Below are positions 20,337-30,499 of a stretch of 64,000 nucleotides of DNA, piece after piece (the stretch's first letter is position 1; each line of letters starts with the position of its first letter). Source of the DNA: an uncultured Candidatus Saccharibacteria bacterium (lineage in GTDB: Bacteria; Patescibacteriota; Minisyncoccia; Phycocordibacterales; UBA9973); contig CAYZYV010000002.1 in assembly GCA_964482735.1 (NCBI GenBank), forward strand, positions 86,061 through 150,060, written 5' to 3'. Both the position numbers and the translations under genes were made by a program. The notes beneath the pieces were generated by a model. The model did not search any database. It worked only from the letters and a program-made list of their open reading frames with translations, and was not told the origin of the DNA.

Positions 20337-20918
20337 ATGGAAAGTGATATAGAAAATCAAAAAACGGTAAAAAAGTTTTCTGATAAAAAGAAAGATATTT
20401 TAGATTTTATTAAATATATCGTAATAGCTATCTTGATAGTAATACCAGTTAGAATGTTTATCGCTCAACCTTTTATAGTCAGCGGAGAATCAATGTTCTC
20501 GACTTTCTTGGACGGAGATTACTTAATCATAGATGAAATATCATATCACTTAGGACAGCCACATCGTGGAGACGTTGTTGTTTTTAAATACCCTCTTGAC
20601 CCTACCAGATTCTTTATTAAAAGAATTATCGGTTTACCAAATGAAGATATAACAATAAAAGATGGAGTCATCACTATCATCAACAAAGAAAATCCTGATG
20701 GTTTCGTGTTAGATGAACCATACCTAAAACAAGATTTTAAAGATAATTTTGATTTCAAAACCGGAGACAAAGAATACTTTGCTATGGGTGACAACAGGGC
20801 AAGAAGTTCTGATTCTAGATCTTGGGGGGTACTACCTGAAGATTTAATTATCGGCCGAGCTTTTGTGAGATTATTACCTCTTAACAGTATTTCTTATTTA
20901 CCAGGAAGTACAAAATAA
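20337..20918 (+). CDS. lepB: signal peptidase I
   Basis: VSGESM, FIKRIIGLP, MGDNRARSSDSR. Confidence 0.96.
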   Translation: MESDIENQKTVKKFSDKKKDILDFIKYIVIAILIVIPVRMFIAQPFIVSGESMFSTFLDGDYLIIDEISYHLGQPHRGDVVVFKYPLDPTRFFIKRIIGLPNEDITIKDGVITIINKENPDGFVLDEPYLKQDFKDNFDFKTGDKEYFAMGDNRARSSDSRSWGVLPEDLIIGRAFVRLLPLNSISYLPGSTK

Positions 20919-20922
20919 AAAA

Positions 20923-22212
20923 ATGGAACACAAAAAAGTAAAATTTCCTATAAATTCAGTTAAAGGAATGCGAGACATTTTAGACAGTCAGTATTACCAA
21001 TTTCAAGGGTTCTTTGAAAAGGCACAAGAAGTTGCTGTTTATTATGGATTTAAACCTATTGAAACTCCTATAGTTGAAGATGAAAATGTCTTTACCTCTT
21101 CTATCGGTACCGGAACTGATATTGTTGATAAAGAAATGTACACGCTTAAAACAAAAGGTGGCGATCATTTAGCTCTTAGACCCGAACACACTGCAGGCTT
21201 AATGAGAAGTTATATAGAGAAAGGTATGCAAGCTCTTCCTCAACCCATAATGTTTTATAGCTATGGTCCAGTTTTTCGTCACGACAACCCCCAAAAAGGA
21301 CGTTACCGACAATTCTATCAATTCGATATGGATATACTAGGAAGCGAGAAACCAATCTTGGATGCGCTTGCTATTAAAACGGCGATGACTATTTTGGAAG
21401 AAGCTGGAGCAAAAGATTTATCTGTTGAAATAAATTCAATCGGAGATAAAGAGTGTCGACATTCTTATATTAAAGAACTTTCTTCTTTTTACAAAAAGAA
21501 TATCAATGCTTTGCCTGCTATAGATAAAGAGAGACTAAAAACAAATCCTCTTCGCATCTTAGATTCCAAAGAAGAAAAAACTGTTGAACTAAATCAAAAC
21601 GCACCCGAAACTCTTTCTCACCTTTGTCCGCAATGCAAGAAACACTTTAAAGAGGTTTTGGAATATCTTGAAGAATGCGAAATCCCCTACACAATCAATA
21701 AATGTTTAGTACGAGGTCTTTCTTATTATTCAAGAACTGTAGTTGAAATAGTTCAAGAAGATAAAGAAACAGGAAGAAAAATGGCAGTTGCCGGAGGCGG
21801 ACGCTATGACTACTTAGGTAAACAACTAGGAAGCAAGAAAGATGTTCCTGCAGTAGGTATTGCTATTGGTGTAGACAGAATCATCGAATCACCTTGGTTC
21901 GCAAATCTTTCTCCTAGAATTATCAAGAAGCCAAAGATATACTTCATCCAACTTGGTTTTGAAGCAAAGCTAAAATCTTTAAATGTTATTGAAATATTAA
22001 GAAAAGGTAAAGTGCCAATTTCTCAATCAATATCAAAAGATAATCTAAGCGCACAATTAGCTACTGCAGAAAAGCTGGGTATGGAATACGCTATTATTTT
22101 CGGACAAAAAGAAGCTCTAGAAAATTCTGTGATTTTTAGAGACATGAGCTCTAGATCTCAAGAAACAGTCAAAATTGATAAGCTCTTAGAATACATCAAG
22201 AGTGTTAAATAA
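20923..22212 (+). CDS. hisS: histidine--tRNA ligase
   Basis: LRPEHT, PQKGRYRQFYQ, LVRGLSYY, GGGRYD. Confidence 0.97.
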   Translation: MEHKKVKFPINSVKGMRDILDSQYYQFQGFFEKAQEVAVYYGFKPIETPIVEDENVFTSSIGTGTDIVDKEMYTLKTKGGDHLALRPEHTAGLMRSYIEKGMQALPQPIMFYSYGPVFRHDNPQKGRYRQFYQFDMDILGSEKPILDALAIKTAMTILEEAGAKDLSVEINSIGDKECRHSYIKELSSFYKKNINALPAIDKERLKTNPLRILDSKEEKTVELNQNAPETLSHLCPQCKKHFKEVLEYLEECEIPYTINKCLVRGLSYYSRTVVEIVQEDKETGRKMAVAGGGRYDYLGKQLGSKKDVPAVGIAIGVDRIIESPWFANLSPRIIKKPKIYFIQLGFEAKLKSLNVIEILRKGKVPISQSISKDNLSAQLATAEKLGMEYAIIFGQKEALENSVIFRDMSSRSQETVKIDKLLEYIKSVK

Positions 22213-22248
22213 ATGTCGATTGAATCGTTAATTTAAGAAAAAAGTTAG

Positions 22249-22794
22249 ATGGTAAAAATAGTTCAAAATGGAGATAGAGTGCTTAGACAAATTGCTAAAG
22301 CCGTGCCTATTTCCCATATCCTAAAACCAGATATTCAAAAAATTGTTGCTGATATGAATCATGCTCTAGACGGAGAATTCGACGGAGCAGCAATAGCCGC
22401 ACCTCAAATAGCACAATCTTTGAGAATCTTTGTGGTGTCTAGAAAAGTTTTTGCAGAAGACGACGAAAACCATCCAACAGTCTACAATGGAATAGCTTTA
22501 AAAAAGAAAACCCCGAACATGGTTTTTATCAATCCCAAAATTTTAAAAATTTCCAAAGATAAGAAATTAATGGAGGAAGGGTGCCTTTCTGTAAGACCAT
22601 TGTTCGGTAAAGTCAGAAGGGCCACTAGAGTCACTGTAGAGGCCTACAACGAGCGTGGTGAGAAGTTTACGATGGAAGGCACAGGATTACTAGCCCATGT
22701 TTTTCAACACGAAATTGACCATTTAGAGGGTGTCCTATTTATAGATAAAGCCAAAAATCTCAGGGAGATTTATTATAATGATGAAAAAAAGTAA
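22249..22794 (+). CDS. def: peptide deformylase
   Basis: GAAIAAPQI, EGCLS, QHEIDHL. Confidence 0.96.
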   Translation: MVKIVQNGDRVLRQIAKAVPISHILKPDIQKIVADMNHALDGEFDGAAIAAPQIAQSLRIFVVSRKVFAEDDENHPTVYNGIALKKKTPNMVFINPKILKISKDKKLMEEGCLSVRPLFGKVRRATRVTVEAYNERGEKFTMEGTGLLAHVFQHEIDHLEGVLFIDKAKNLREIYYNDEKK

Positions 22795-23617
22795 AGTAAA
22801 TTTTATTTTCTTTGGAACTCCAGACGTCGCGAGTAACACTCTTCGAATTCTTAAACAGAACGGTCTTCTTCCCGAGGTTATAGTTACTTCTCTAGACAAA
22901 CCAAGAGGAAGAAAGATGGTTATCACCCCATCGCCAGTGAAAGTTTGGGCAATAGAAAATGGTATACCTTATTTACAACCAGAAAAAATAGATGGTGCTT
23001 TTATCTCTGAATTAAAAAAATATGATGTGGATCTATTTTTAGTAGTGGCTTATGGGAAAATACTTCCAGAAGAATTAATTAATCTTCCTAAAAAAGGAAC
23101 CATTAATATTCATTACTCTCTTTTACCAAAGTACAGAGGGGCTTCACCTGTCGAATCGGCACTTCTAAATGGAGATACAGCAACTGGTGTTTCTATCCAA
23201 AAGATGGTTTACAAACTAGATAGCGGTCCAATAATAGCAAGAAAAAATGTAGAGATAAACCCTGATGATAACAAAGAAACCCTTAGGGGTAATCTCATAA
23301 AAACAGGGGCAGAGTTATTGTTAGAATCCCTACCAGACTTTTTAGAAGATAAAATAAAACTAGAAGAACAGAAAGAGGAAGAATCAACATTTTGTTGTAA
23401 GATAAAAAAAGAAGATGGTGAGATTAAGCTAGAAGATAACGATTTAAAAAACTACAATAAATATAGGGCTTTTTACGGTTGGCCAGGAGTATTTTTCTTC
23501 AAAGAAGTTGACGGTAAAAAAATAAGGTACAAAATAACTAAAGCTCGTCTCGAAAATAATATATTCACTATCGAAAAAGTTATTCCTGAGGGTAAAAAAG
23601 AAACTGATTACAAATAA
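22778..23617 (+). CDS. fmt: methionyl-tRNA formyltransferase
   Basis: FFGTP, NIHYSLLPKYRGASP, LDSGP. Confidence 0.96.
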   Translation: MMKKSKVNFIFFGTPDVASNTLRILKQNGLLPEVIVTSLDKPRGRKMVITPSPVKVWAIENGIPYLQPEKIDGAFISELKKYDVDLFLVVAYGKILPEELINLPKKGTINIHYSLLPKYRGASPVESALLNGDTATGVSIQKMVYKLDSGPIIARKNVEINPDDNKETLRGNLIKTGAELLLESLPDFLEDKIKLEEQKEEESTFCCKIKKEDGEIKLEDNDLKNYNKYRAFYGWPGVFFFKEVDGKKIRYKITKARLENNIFTIEKVIPEGKKETDYK

Positions 23618-23657
23618 TAAAAAAGAACCCACTTCTACAGGGTTCTTTTTTATTGTT

Positions 23658-24041
23658 TTATTCTTTGTGAGAAAAGCCTCTTAGTAATTTTTTAATAGCC
23701 GCTGCTCCATTTTTAACTAGCTCTCTTCTTCTGCCACGACTATTCTTAATTTGTCTAAGAATTTCTTTCTTCGCATCATCTATCGATTTATATAAATCTG
23801 ATTTTTCTGAAAAAGTATAGAACTTTTTACCAGATATATCTATATTAAATTCTGCTCTATAATAATCCCCTTGTTTATGCCTGTTACTTGTCTTCCCTAC
23901 TTCGATAAAAATCTGCATTTCTTCTTCTGGTTTTTTAAACTTATCAAACCCCTCTATCTTTGATCTCAAGTAATTATCAATAGCTTCGGTTAATTCCATG
24001 TTGGTTGCCTTTATGTTTATGTTCATATTGTTATTAATCAT
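23658..24041 (-). CDS. raiA: ribosome-associated inhibitor RaiA / short HPF
   Basis: MNINIKATNMELTEAIDNY..KI and DLYKSID. Confidence 0.9.
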   Translation of the reverse strand: MINNNMNINIKATNMELTEAIDNYLRSKIEGFDKFKKPEEEMQIFIEVGKTSNRHKQGDYYRAEFNIDISGKKFYTFSEKSDLYKSIDDAKKEILRQIKNSRGRRRELVKNGAAAIKKLLRGFSHKE

Positions 24042-24255
24042 TAATTAATAATAATTTACTACCTTTGTGGTGACCACTCACAATTTTAACTTCTTTTAAT
24101 TGCACATTGTAAAGGGACGAGATTATTTCACAAATTCTTCTGTTGGCCTGGTTATTTTCTGCTTTTTCTTTAACTGAAATATAAAAAGTGTTCTCTGCTT
24201 TCTTGTCTATCTTTTCTTTTTTTTCTCCTACTTTAACTCTTACTTTTATATACAT
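24034..24255 (-). CDS. DUF167 (YggU) family protein
   Basis: IKVRVK, AENNQAN, VKIVSGH...K. Confidence 0.88.
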   Translation of the reverse strand: MYIKVRVKVGEKKEKIDKKAENTFYISVKEKAENNQANRRICEIISSLYNVQLKEVKIVSGHHKGSKLLLIND

Positions 24256-24256
24256 G

Positions 24257-24640
24257 TTAATTTTTATTTTTCAAAAGTAATTCTTTAATTTCCTTAATAT
24301 CTTTTTTTAACTCATCTAATTCACCTTCTTCTTTTATTATTTCTTCTTTTGTTTTTTCATCTACTCTTTTTTCGTGTTGCAAACCTGATATGACTATATT
24401 ATCTCCAATAAAGAAAGAAACAAATAAACCCGTGAGCATCGCCAGTATTATTCCACCAATCAAAGACACCCAGATAGACAAATTTAAAGAATCCGAAACC
24501 CCCCAGACTCCTCTCCAGATGGAAACTGTAGCTACTGCTCCTATAAAAGAATACACGAGTGGAGATTTTGAAAGTCTCCCTCTTATCCTATCTTCTAATT
24601 TATCAAAATAATGATGTATCTTTTTATATGCTTTTATCAT
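24257..24640 (-). CDS. conserved hypothetical membrane protein
   Basis: IWRGVW motif, two TM helices, coiled-coil tail. Confidence 0.8.
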   Translation of the reverse strand: MIKAYKKIHHYFDKLEDRIRGRLSKSPLVYSFIGAVATVSIWRGVWGVSDSLNLSIWVSLIGGIILAMLTGLFVSFFIGDNIVISGLQHEKRVDEKTKEEIIKEEGELDELKKDIKEIKELLLKNKN

Positions 24641-24645
24641 ACTCT

Positions 24646-26148
24646 TTAATTATACCATCCAACCATAAGCATTCCAAATAGGCCTATTATTGCCAAGCAA
24701 AACAAGCAAGGCAATATTACTGCTTTAAGTATTTTTCTCTCTTGATTTTTAGCTCCAATTACAGCTTCAGCCGTTAAAATATCAGCTATGGCAATCATAT
24801 TTCCAGTACTGGCCCCAACCACAAGTAAAGCTAACACTATATCTGTACTTATCCCCACACTCATAGAGGCAGTATTAAACAATGTACCAAACAAAACGTT
24901 GGAGGTGGTCACACTCCCCGTCGCAAAAGAGCCAAAGGCTCCAGCTAACGGTGCATATAATGGAATAAAACTACTTTCGATAGAACTAGCGAGTAATTTA
25001 ATCGGTGACAAAAGTCCAGAATAATTAGAACCAGCATTAATCATTATTTGAACCATTATTAACATAAAAGATATTGCCAAAAATGGGCTGAGAGCTCCTT
25101 TAAAAGAACTTTTAACATAAGAAAAAGAAATTTTTATTTTTTCCCAAAAAGCAACAATTAAACCAACGACAATAAAGACAAGCCCTGGATTAAATAAATT
25201 AAAGTTATGATTAAAGTTTATACCTATTGGTATATTGATTTTTCCTAATGTGAATTTACCTACAATCAAAAACAAAATCAAAATTATATAAGGTAAAAAG
25301 GATCTCACAATAGAAGCCGTTGGTTTCTCTCCTTCTATGGCTGTTATTGAAATTTCTTCTTTTGGAGTAAATATTTTTAATTTAATAGATATTAGAACAA
25401 GTACTAATCCCACTATCGCTCCAACAATTGAAGGAAATTCTTGTCCTAAAAATCTGGCTGCTAGAAGTGAAGGTCCTAAAAACAGTAGCCCAGACCACAA
25501 AGCAAACGGGGTGGCATTAAGAAATTCTTTATTTTTATTTGGTCTACCCCTAGTCACTACCCACATCATAAATACCGGGATAATAATACCAACCATATTA
25601 AAGATGGCTGCTAAATAAGGAACCCCAGCTGAAGATAAATTAGAAAAACCAACTTTTATGGGAGTCCCCGCAGCTCCAAATATACCAGGAGAACTATTCC
25701 CCAAAAGACTTATTATCAAAGAAGTTATCGGCGATAGGCCGACTCCGATCAATAAAGGCACAGCCACGGCTGCAGGGGTTCCGAACCCTGCAGTTCCTTC
25801 TAATAATGCTTCAAAAAACCATGCGATAACTATTACTTGTATTCGATAGTCTTTTGATAAATTAGAAAGATAAAAAGAAATATTTTTTATTATATTTTTA
25901 CTTTTTAAAATTTCCAAAAAGAAAATGGCACCAAATATGATTAGAAAAATATCCAAGGCTACAAACAACCCCTTACCAAATGAAGCATACAAAGCTTCGG
26001 GATAAATTTTCCAATAAAAAACAGCAAGGAGAACATAGAGCAAGAGTGTAAAGAGAGATGATTTTAGAAGTGTTGTCTTTCTAACAAAAATCAAATAGAC
26101 AAAAACAACAAAAGGGATGATAGCTAAAATTATTGGTAGATTATTCAT
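24646..26148 (-). CDS. L-lactate permease family transporter
   Basis: LEGTAGFGTPAA, FGAAGTP, GSFATGS...SN motifs. Confidence 0.9.
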   Translation of the reverse strand: MNNLPIILAIIPFVVFVYLIFVRKTTLLKSSLFTLLLYVLLAVFYWKIYPEALYASFGKGLFVALDIFLIIFGAIFFLEILKSKNIIKNISFYLSNLSKDYRIQVIVIAWFFEALLEGTAGFGTPAAVAVPLLIGVGLSPITSLIISLLGNSSPGIFGAAGTPIKVGFSNLSSAGVPYLAAIFNMVGIIIPVFMMWVVTRGRPNKNKEFLNATPFALWSGLLFLGPSLLAARFLGQEFPSIVGAIVGLVLVLISIKLKIFTPKEEISITAIEGEKPTASIVRSFLPYIILILFLIVGKFTLGKINIPIGINFNHNFNLFNPGLVFIVVGLIVAFWEKIKISFSYVKSSFKGALSPFLAISFMLIMVQIMINAGSNYSGLLSPIKLLASSIESSFIPLYAPLAGAFGSFATGSVTTSNVLFGTLFNTASMSVGISTDIVLALLVVGASTGNMIAIADILTAEAVIGAKNQERKILKAVILPCLFCLAIIGLFGMLMVGWYN

Positions 26149-26214
26149 GATTATATTGTAACACAAAATCATATTAAAAAATAAAAACCTCTCAGAGTGA
26201 GAGGTTTTTATTTT

Positions 26215-26820
26215 TTACTTAGTCTTTAACCAAGATATCATTTTCTTAAATGTTCCTGGACCAGCTGCTCCGTCGGCGGTAAGCCCTACTGCTTTTTGAT
26301 AATTTTTGACTGCAGTTACCGTACTTGGACCATAGTCATTATCTATTTTATTTTTTGTATTGTTATATAAGTTCAAGAACTTCTGAACAGTACCAACTGC
26401 TGGACCTTGTGATTTCAATTTTAGGTTAACATTTTTATTAACCAAACTCTGCAATTCATCAATTAATGATTGGTATTTGTATGTTTTTGTTGGTGTAGAA
26501 GTCGTAGTCGGAGTAGAAGGTTTGCTTTCTGTTGGAGTTGGTTCTTCAGCTACCTTTTCTACTTCCTGATTTTTTGCTTCGATTTCCGCTAAGTAGTCTT
26601 CTTGGTTTTTTTCTTCTAGCAAACCAAGCTGTCTCTTTAACTGATAATTTTCATCAGTTAATTCTTTTACCTTTTGTTCTAAATCTTTCTGCTTTTGAGA
26701 TTCTATATGATTAGTACCTGATTCAATCGTAGAAAATGCCCAATAAGCTGCACCTCCAAATAACAATACAATAAAAATTGAAACTATACTAAATTTTAAA
26801 TTTTCAAATTTTCTTCTCAT
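26215..26820 (-). CDS. membrane-anchored protein with C-terminal peptidoglycan-binding domain
   Basis: VQKFLN..IDNDYGPST..AVKNYQ...GLTADG.AGPGT. Confidence 0.88.
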   Translation of the reverse strand: MRRKFENLKFSIVSIFIVLLFGGAAYWAFSTIESGTNHIESQKQKDLEQKVKELTDENYQLKRQLGLLEEKNQEDYLAEIEAKNQEVEKVAEEPTPTESKPSTPTTTSTPTKTYKYQSLIDELQSLVNKNVNLKLKSQGPAVGTVQKFLNLYNNTKNKIDNDYGPSTVTAVKNYQKAVGLTADGAAGPGTFKKMISWLKTK

Positions 26821-26843
26821 TACTTGTAATTTATACAAAATTA

Positions 26844-26972
26844 TTATTTCTTAGAAACCTTTTTTGATTTCTTAGCTGTTAGCATTGCTCTTTTGGCTTC
26901 TAATCTCTTAGTAGTCTTAGGAGAATGTCTTGATTTCACGTGTGCAATTAATGCTGTTGCTCTTTTTGCCAT
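26844..26972 (-). CDS. small basic protein (42 aa), not in the ORF track
   Basis: MAKRATALIAHVKSRHSPKTTKRLEAKRAMLTAKKSKKVSKK; TAATAA double stop; A-rich leader. Confidence 0.65.
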   Translation of the reverse strand: MAKRATALIAHVKSRHSPKTTKRLEAKRAMLTAKKSKKVSKK

Positions 26973-27067
26973 ATTTTAATTAAAAATTATTTAATAATCT
27001 TCCTTTATTATACATTAAAATGTATCCGAACGCAAAAATAAAAAGCATCAAAACAATTTTGTTAGTT

Positions 27068-27745
27068 TTAATACTTTTTTTTGTTTATCAACGTCTGAAG
27101 ATGGATGTCTAAGTTAAATCTCAGCAGAATCCACAAAGGGGCTTTGGTAACCACCATTATCAAAAAAGAAATTAATCTTATGGGTATAATCTGTTCTGGG
27201 TCATCCCATACATCTTTTCTGTACTGACCAATAAAATCAGTAATTTTTTTATCATCCAATTTTGTCTTCAGGAAATAGAGTTTAATAATTGATTCTTCTT
27301 TTATAAACTTCAAAACGTCTTTGCGTTCTAAAATTCTTGTTAAAATAGACAGATCACAGAATGACTTTGAAATTGTTTCTGACACCTTAGCAATGTTAGA
27401 ATAACAATTATATTTTTTATCGGCCAATATTGACCAATATAGCATTTCTGGAACCGAAAATTTTAAAGTTTCGTGATTAAAAAGTAAAAACCAATTTTGA
27501 GGATTTTTGGCCCTCTTACAAAACGAGACCCCAACAGATTTTGTCATGTCGGGTCTATTCAAAAATGCTTTATGCATGACAGGGTCGTAGAAAAACCTTT
27601 TCAATGTAGTTCTTTTAGCTCTTTTTAAACTCATCCTTTCAGGTTTACTGATCCTATCTTGAATAGATAATCTCTTTTTATACAGTCGTTCTCTAGCTTT
27701 CTGGTTCATATATATTAAATTTACAGTTCGGTTTGATACTAACAT
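27068..27745 (-). CDS. hypothetical basic protein
   Basis: 225-aa ORF; no family recognised; start uncertain. Confidence 0.65.
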   Translation of the reverse strand: MLVSNRTVNLIYMNQKARERLYKKRLSIQDRISKPERMSLKRAKRTTLKRFFYDPVMHKAFLNRPDMTKSVGVSFCKRAKNPQNWFLLFNHETLKFSVPEMLYWSILADKKYNCYSNIAKVSETISKSFCDLSILTRILERKDVLKFIKEESIIKLYFLKTKLDDKKITDFIGQYRKDVWDDPEQIIPIRLISFLIMVVTKAPLWILLRFNLDIHLQTLINKKKY

Positions 27746-27795
27746 CCAAATATACTTAAGTCAAACTAAAAATGAGCCCATTTAGGGTTCATTTT

Positions 27796-28197
27796 TTAGT
27801 CACATATTTGAGTACAGTGTGCACACCTTTTTGCGTCTATTGGTATCTCACTCAAACATTCTTTGCACTTTTTTGTTGTTGGATCTATCGGAGGTTCCTT
27901 TCTCGAGCGAGAAATTAAAATATTCATTGGTTTTACAACAAAGAAAAAGATAGATGAGGCAACCAAAATAAATGAAACCAAAGAGTTGATAAAGTGACCA
28001 TACATAAACTTACTACCATTAATAGTAAAAAATAATCCAGAGAAGTCGGGAGATTTAGCTATAGCTGCAATCAGGGGTGTGATTAAGTCTGAAACAAGAG
28101 AAGAAACTATTGTTCCAAACGCAGCTCCCACTACAACACCGACTGCTAGGTCAACAACATTACCTCTAAATAAAAATTGTTTAAATTCTTTTAACAT
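27796..28197 (-). CDS. mscL: large-conductance mechanosensitive channel with C-terminal zinc ribbon
   Basis: MLKEFKQFLFRGNVVDLAVGVVVG; CxxC...CxxC tail. Confidence 0.96.
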   Translation of the reverse strand: MLKEFKQFLFRGNVVDLAVGVVVGAAFGTIVSSLVSDLITPLIAAIAKSPDFSGLFFTINGSKFMYGHFINSLVSFILVASSIFFFVVKPMNILISRSRKEPPIDPTTKKCKECLSEIPIDAKRCAHCTQICD

Positions 28198-28313
28198 ATA
28201 TTTATTATATCATAAAAAATAAAACGATTAATCACTCCATTTGGTATATAGGTTAAGACATCTTTGACAAAGGTATTTAAAAATGTTAAAAATACAGAAA
28301 ATTGATATTTATT

Positions 28314-28661
28314 ATGGAAACACTTCTGAGAAAAGAAAACAGCATAGACAGGATAAAGAATCATCTTTCTGTCTTTTTAGCTTTTGAAGAACTCAATTTA
28401 GAGGCCTTTGAAAATAGAGACTTCATTTTTAGTTTTTACAATGCAATGGAGAATAGCTACAAGGAGCTCTCAACCTTACTAAAAGAATATGATGAAGTAG
28501 AAGATTTTAATCAATTTTCTATTGCAACCTTACTCCTCGACAATTATTTAAAGGGGTATAAATCAGTAAAAGATGTTTTACAAGCAAAAAACGATCTGAG
28601 AACAGAAAAAACTGTTTATAAGATCTTGTCTACTATTGAAAACGCACCCCCTTTAACTTAA
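28314..28661 (+). CDS. hypothetical protein
   Basis: ORF with upstream TTGACA and a terminator overlapping the stop. Confidence 0.65.
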   Translation: METLLRKENSIDRIKNHLSVFLAFEELNLEAFENRDFIFSFYNAMENSYKELSTLLKEYDEVEDFNQFSIATLLLDNYLKGYKSVKDVLQAKNDLRTEKTVYKILSTIENAPPLT

Positions 28662-28842
28662 GTGGGGCGTTTTTTATTTAGTCAGAAAACAAAAAACCAC
28701 CCGAGGGCGGAATTTTGCCAACTGATAATTATCTTGCGATAACTAACTGCTGTCCAATCAGTATAATCAAGAAACCAGAACAAGTCAAGCCTAACATGTG
28801 GATAACTTTTTAGCCTTATATGCTATTATTAAATAGTCTTAT

Positions 28843-29457
28843 ATGGAAAACTTATTATTTTTACTAAAAGGATTATTAATTGGACTTATTGTTGGCTTCC
28901 CTTCTGGGCCGGTTGGGTTTATTTACATCAAGAGAGCTACAACCGATGGCTTTCTCGCTGGATTTATTTCTGGATTAGGATCTACGGTCGCCCACTTAGT
29001 CTATGCTTTAGCTTTTCTTTTTGGATACTCAAAAATTTTAAAAATTTATAATGAAAGTGGGGATACTTTGACTTTCATTTTTTCTACTTTTATTATTATA
29101 TTAGGAATAATTATTTTCTTTTCAAACAAAAAGAAAGATTGTGACGGGGATAATGCAGAAAATCTTTTCGGCTATTTTCTTTCAGCTTTTGGGATCACTG
29201 TCACCAACCCAGTAGAGATTATTCAATTTACCTTTTTGTTTACCTCTCTTGGGATATTAGGATCTGTTGCAATTAATCATACTCTACTAATTTTAGGAAT
29301 AATTTTGGGATCAATTTTTTGGCCAACTCTAGCTTCATTTGGTTTGTCAAAAATCAGACACACTATTTCTAATAGAAAAGTGGAGTATCTTCAAAAATCA
29401 ATCGGCATAATAATTATATTAATAGGTTTATTTTTTATATTAAAGAATTTTACTTAA
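28843..29457 (+). CDS. LysE family transporter
   Basis: PSGPVG, G..SGLG, TVTNP motifs; multi-TM. Confidence 0.9.
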   Translation: MENLLFLLKGLLIGLIVGFPSGPVGFIYIKRATTDGFLAGFISGLGSTVAHLVYALAFLFGYSKILKIYNESGDTLTFIFSTFIIILGIIIFFSNKKKDCDGDNAENLFGYFLSAFGITVTNPVEIIQFTFLFTSLGILGSVAINHTLLILGIILGSIFWPTLASFGLSKIRHTISNRKVEYLQKSIGIIIILIGLFFILKNFT

Positions 29458-29522
29458 CAATAAAATAAATGTCATCAAAAACAAAAAGGGCGACTTCACG
29501 AGCCACCCCTTTTTATTTATTA

Positions 29523-29786
29523 TCAAAGATTATAACGTCCCGTGTCTTTATGGTTAGGAAACATATAATCCCATGTCTCACTATAAGACAGTCCATTTGC
29601 TAACAGTTTCTCTCTTCCAACCTTCAAAGAACGCCAGCCCAATTGCAGTGTAGGAAACGAAACAATACAACGATCCTCTACGTTGTTTTCTTTTAGAATT
29701 CCTTTGTCACCACTATTTACAATAATACCCCACTCCTCAAAGGTATCACCGGTGTATGTCACCCCTTTTTCTATTTCAAATTCCAT
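29523..29786 (-). CDS. hypothetical protein
   Basis: 87-aa ORF, preceded by AAGGAGG and followed by a hairpin. Confidence 0.6.
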   Translation of the reverse strand: MEFEIEKGVTYTGDTFEEWGIIVNSGDKGILKENNVEDRCIVSFPTLQLGWRSLKVGREKLLANGLSYSETWDYMFPNHKDTGRYNL

Positions 29787-29904
29787 AACTAACCTCCTTT
29801 TTTAAAATAAGTTTTTCTTTTACATTACAATTTTAAATCTGTAAAGTCAAGCACTATAAAAGCGACCTTCCTAGACGTGGGTCGGTCGCTTTCACCAAAT
29901 TTAT

Positions 29905-30009
29905 CTGCTCGCGTGGCAGGACGCGTTTCGGACATATAACTGGGCTAAAGCTGTGGGAGATTTAGAAACTACAACGAAAGAAATTAATCACTTATTGTCT
30001 CTAGTGTAA
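29905..30009 (+). other. startless reading frame, putative detached C-terminal tail of the island integrase
   Basis: LLAWQDAFRTYNWAKAVGDLETTTKEINHLLSLV*; codon phase at TGCTC equals that of the integrase end (TTG CTC). Confidence 0.6.
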
Positions 30010-30187
30010 ATCACGATGTCAGTTTTTGTTTATTTATTTTTAAAAATTCGTCGCCGCCGCTTTTTACGAACGTTAGTTGATCGAGGGGGTCACCCCTTTA
30101 GCCACTACCCCCATGTTATTTAATAAAAAAGTAGTGGTGCCTACAAAGAAGCTAAACAATTTTATTATGATAAACCTATAAAAAATT

Positions 30188-30499
30188 ATGAAAAAGCACC
30201 CCTCTATACGCCAAGTAAAATATGCCCATGGAATTATGAATGAGGGCAAGACAAAACAGCAGATTGCCTTAGAATCTGGCTTTTCTCCTAGCACAGCTCG
30301 TGTTCCTCAATTAATCGAGAATAAGCTCGGTTTTAAGCTTGCTGTGGCCCAATTAGCAGGTGAAATGGGTAATGTTGCTATGAAGCTTATGTATGAGCTC
30401 CAGGCACGAGATATGAGCAAAATGAGTGACGAGGACTTACTCTACTCACTGGATGTTATTTCTAAAACCTATGAGCGTTTTACTTCCAAATTGCTCTGA
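30188..30499 (+). CDS. HTH protein resembling a terminase small subunit N-terminus
   Basis: RQVKYAHGIMNEGKTKQQIALESGFSPSTA resembles the TerS pattern KQ..F......NATQAA..AGYS..TA. Confidence 0.55.
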   Translation: MKKHPSIRQVKYAHGIMNEGKTKQQIALESGFSPSTARVPQLIENKLGFKLAVAQLAGEMGNVAMKLMYELQARDMSKMSDEDLLYSLDVISKTYERFTSKLL

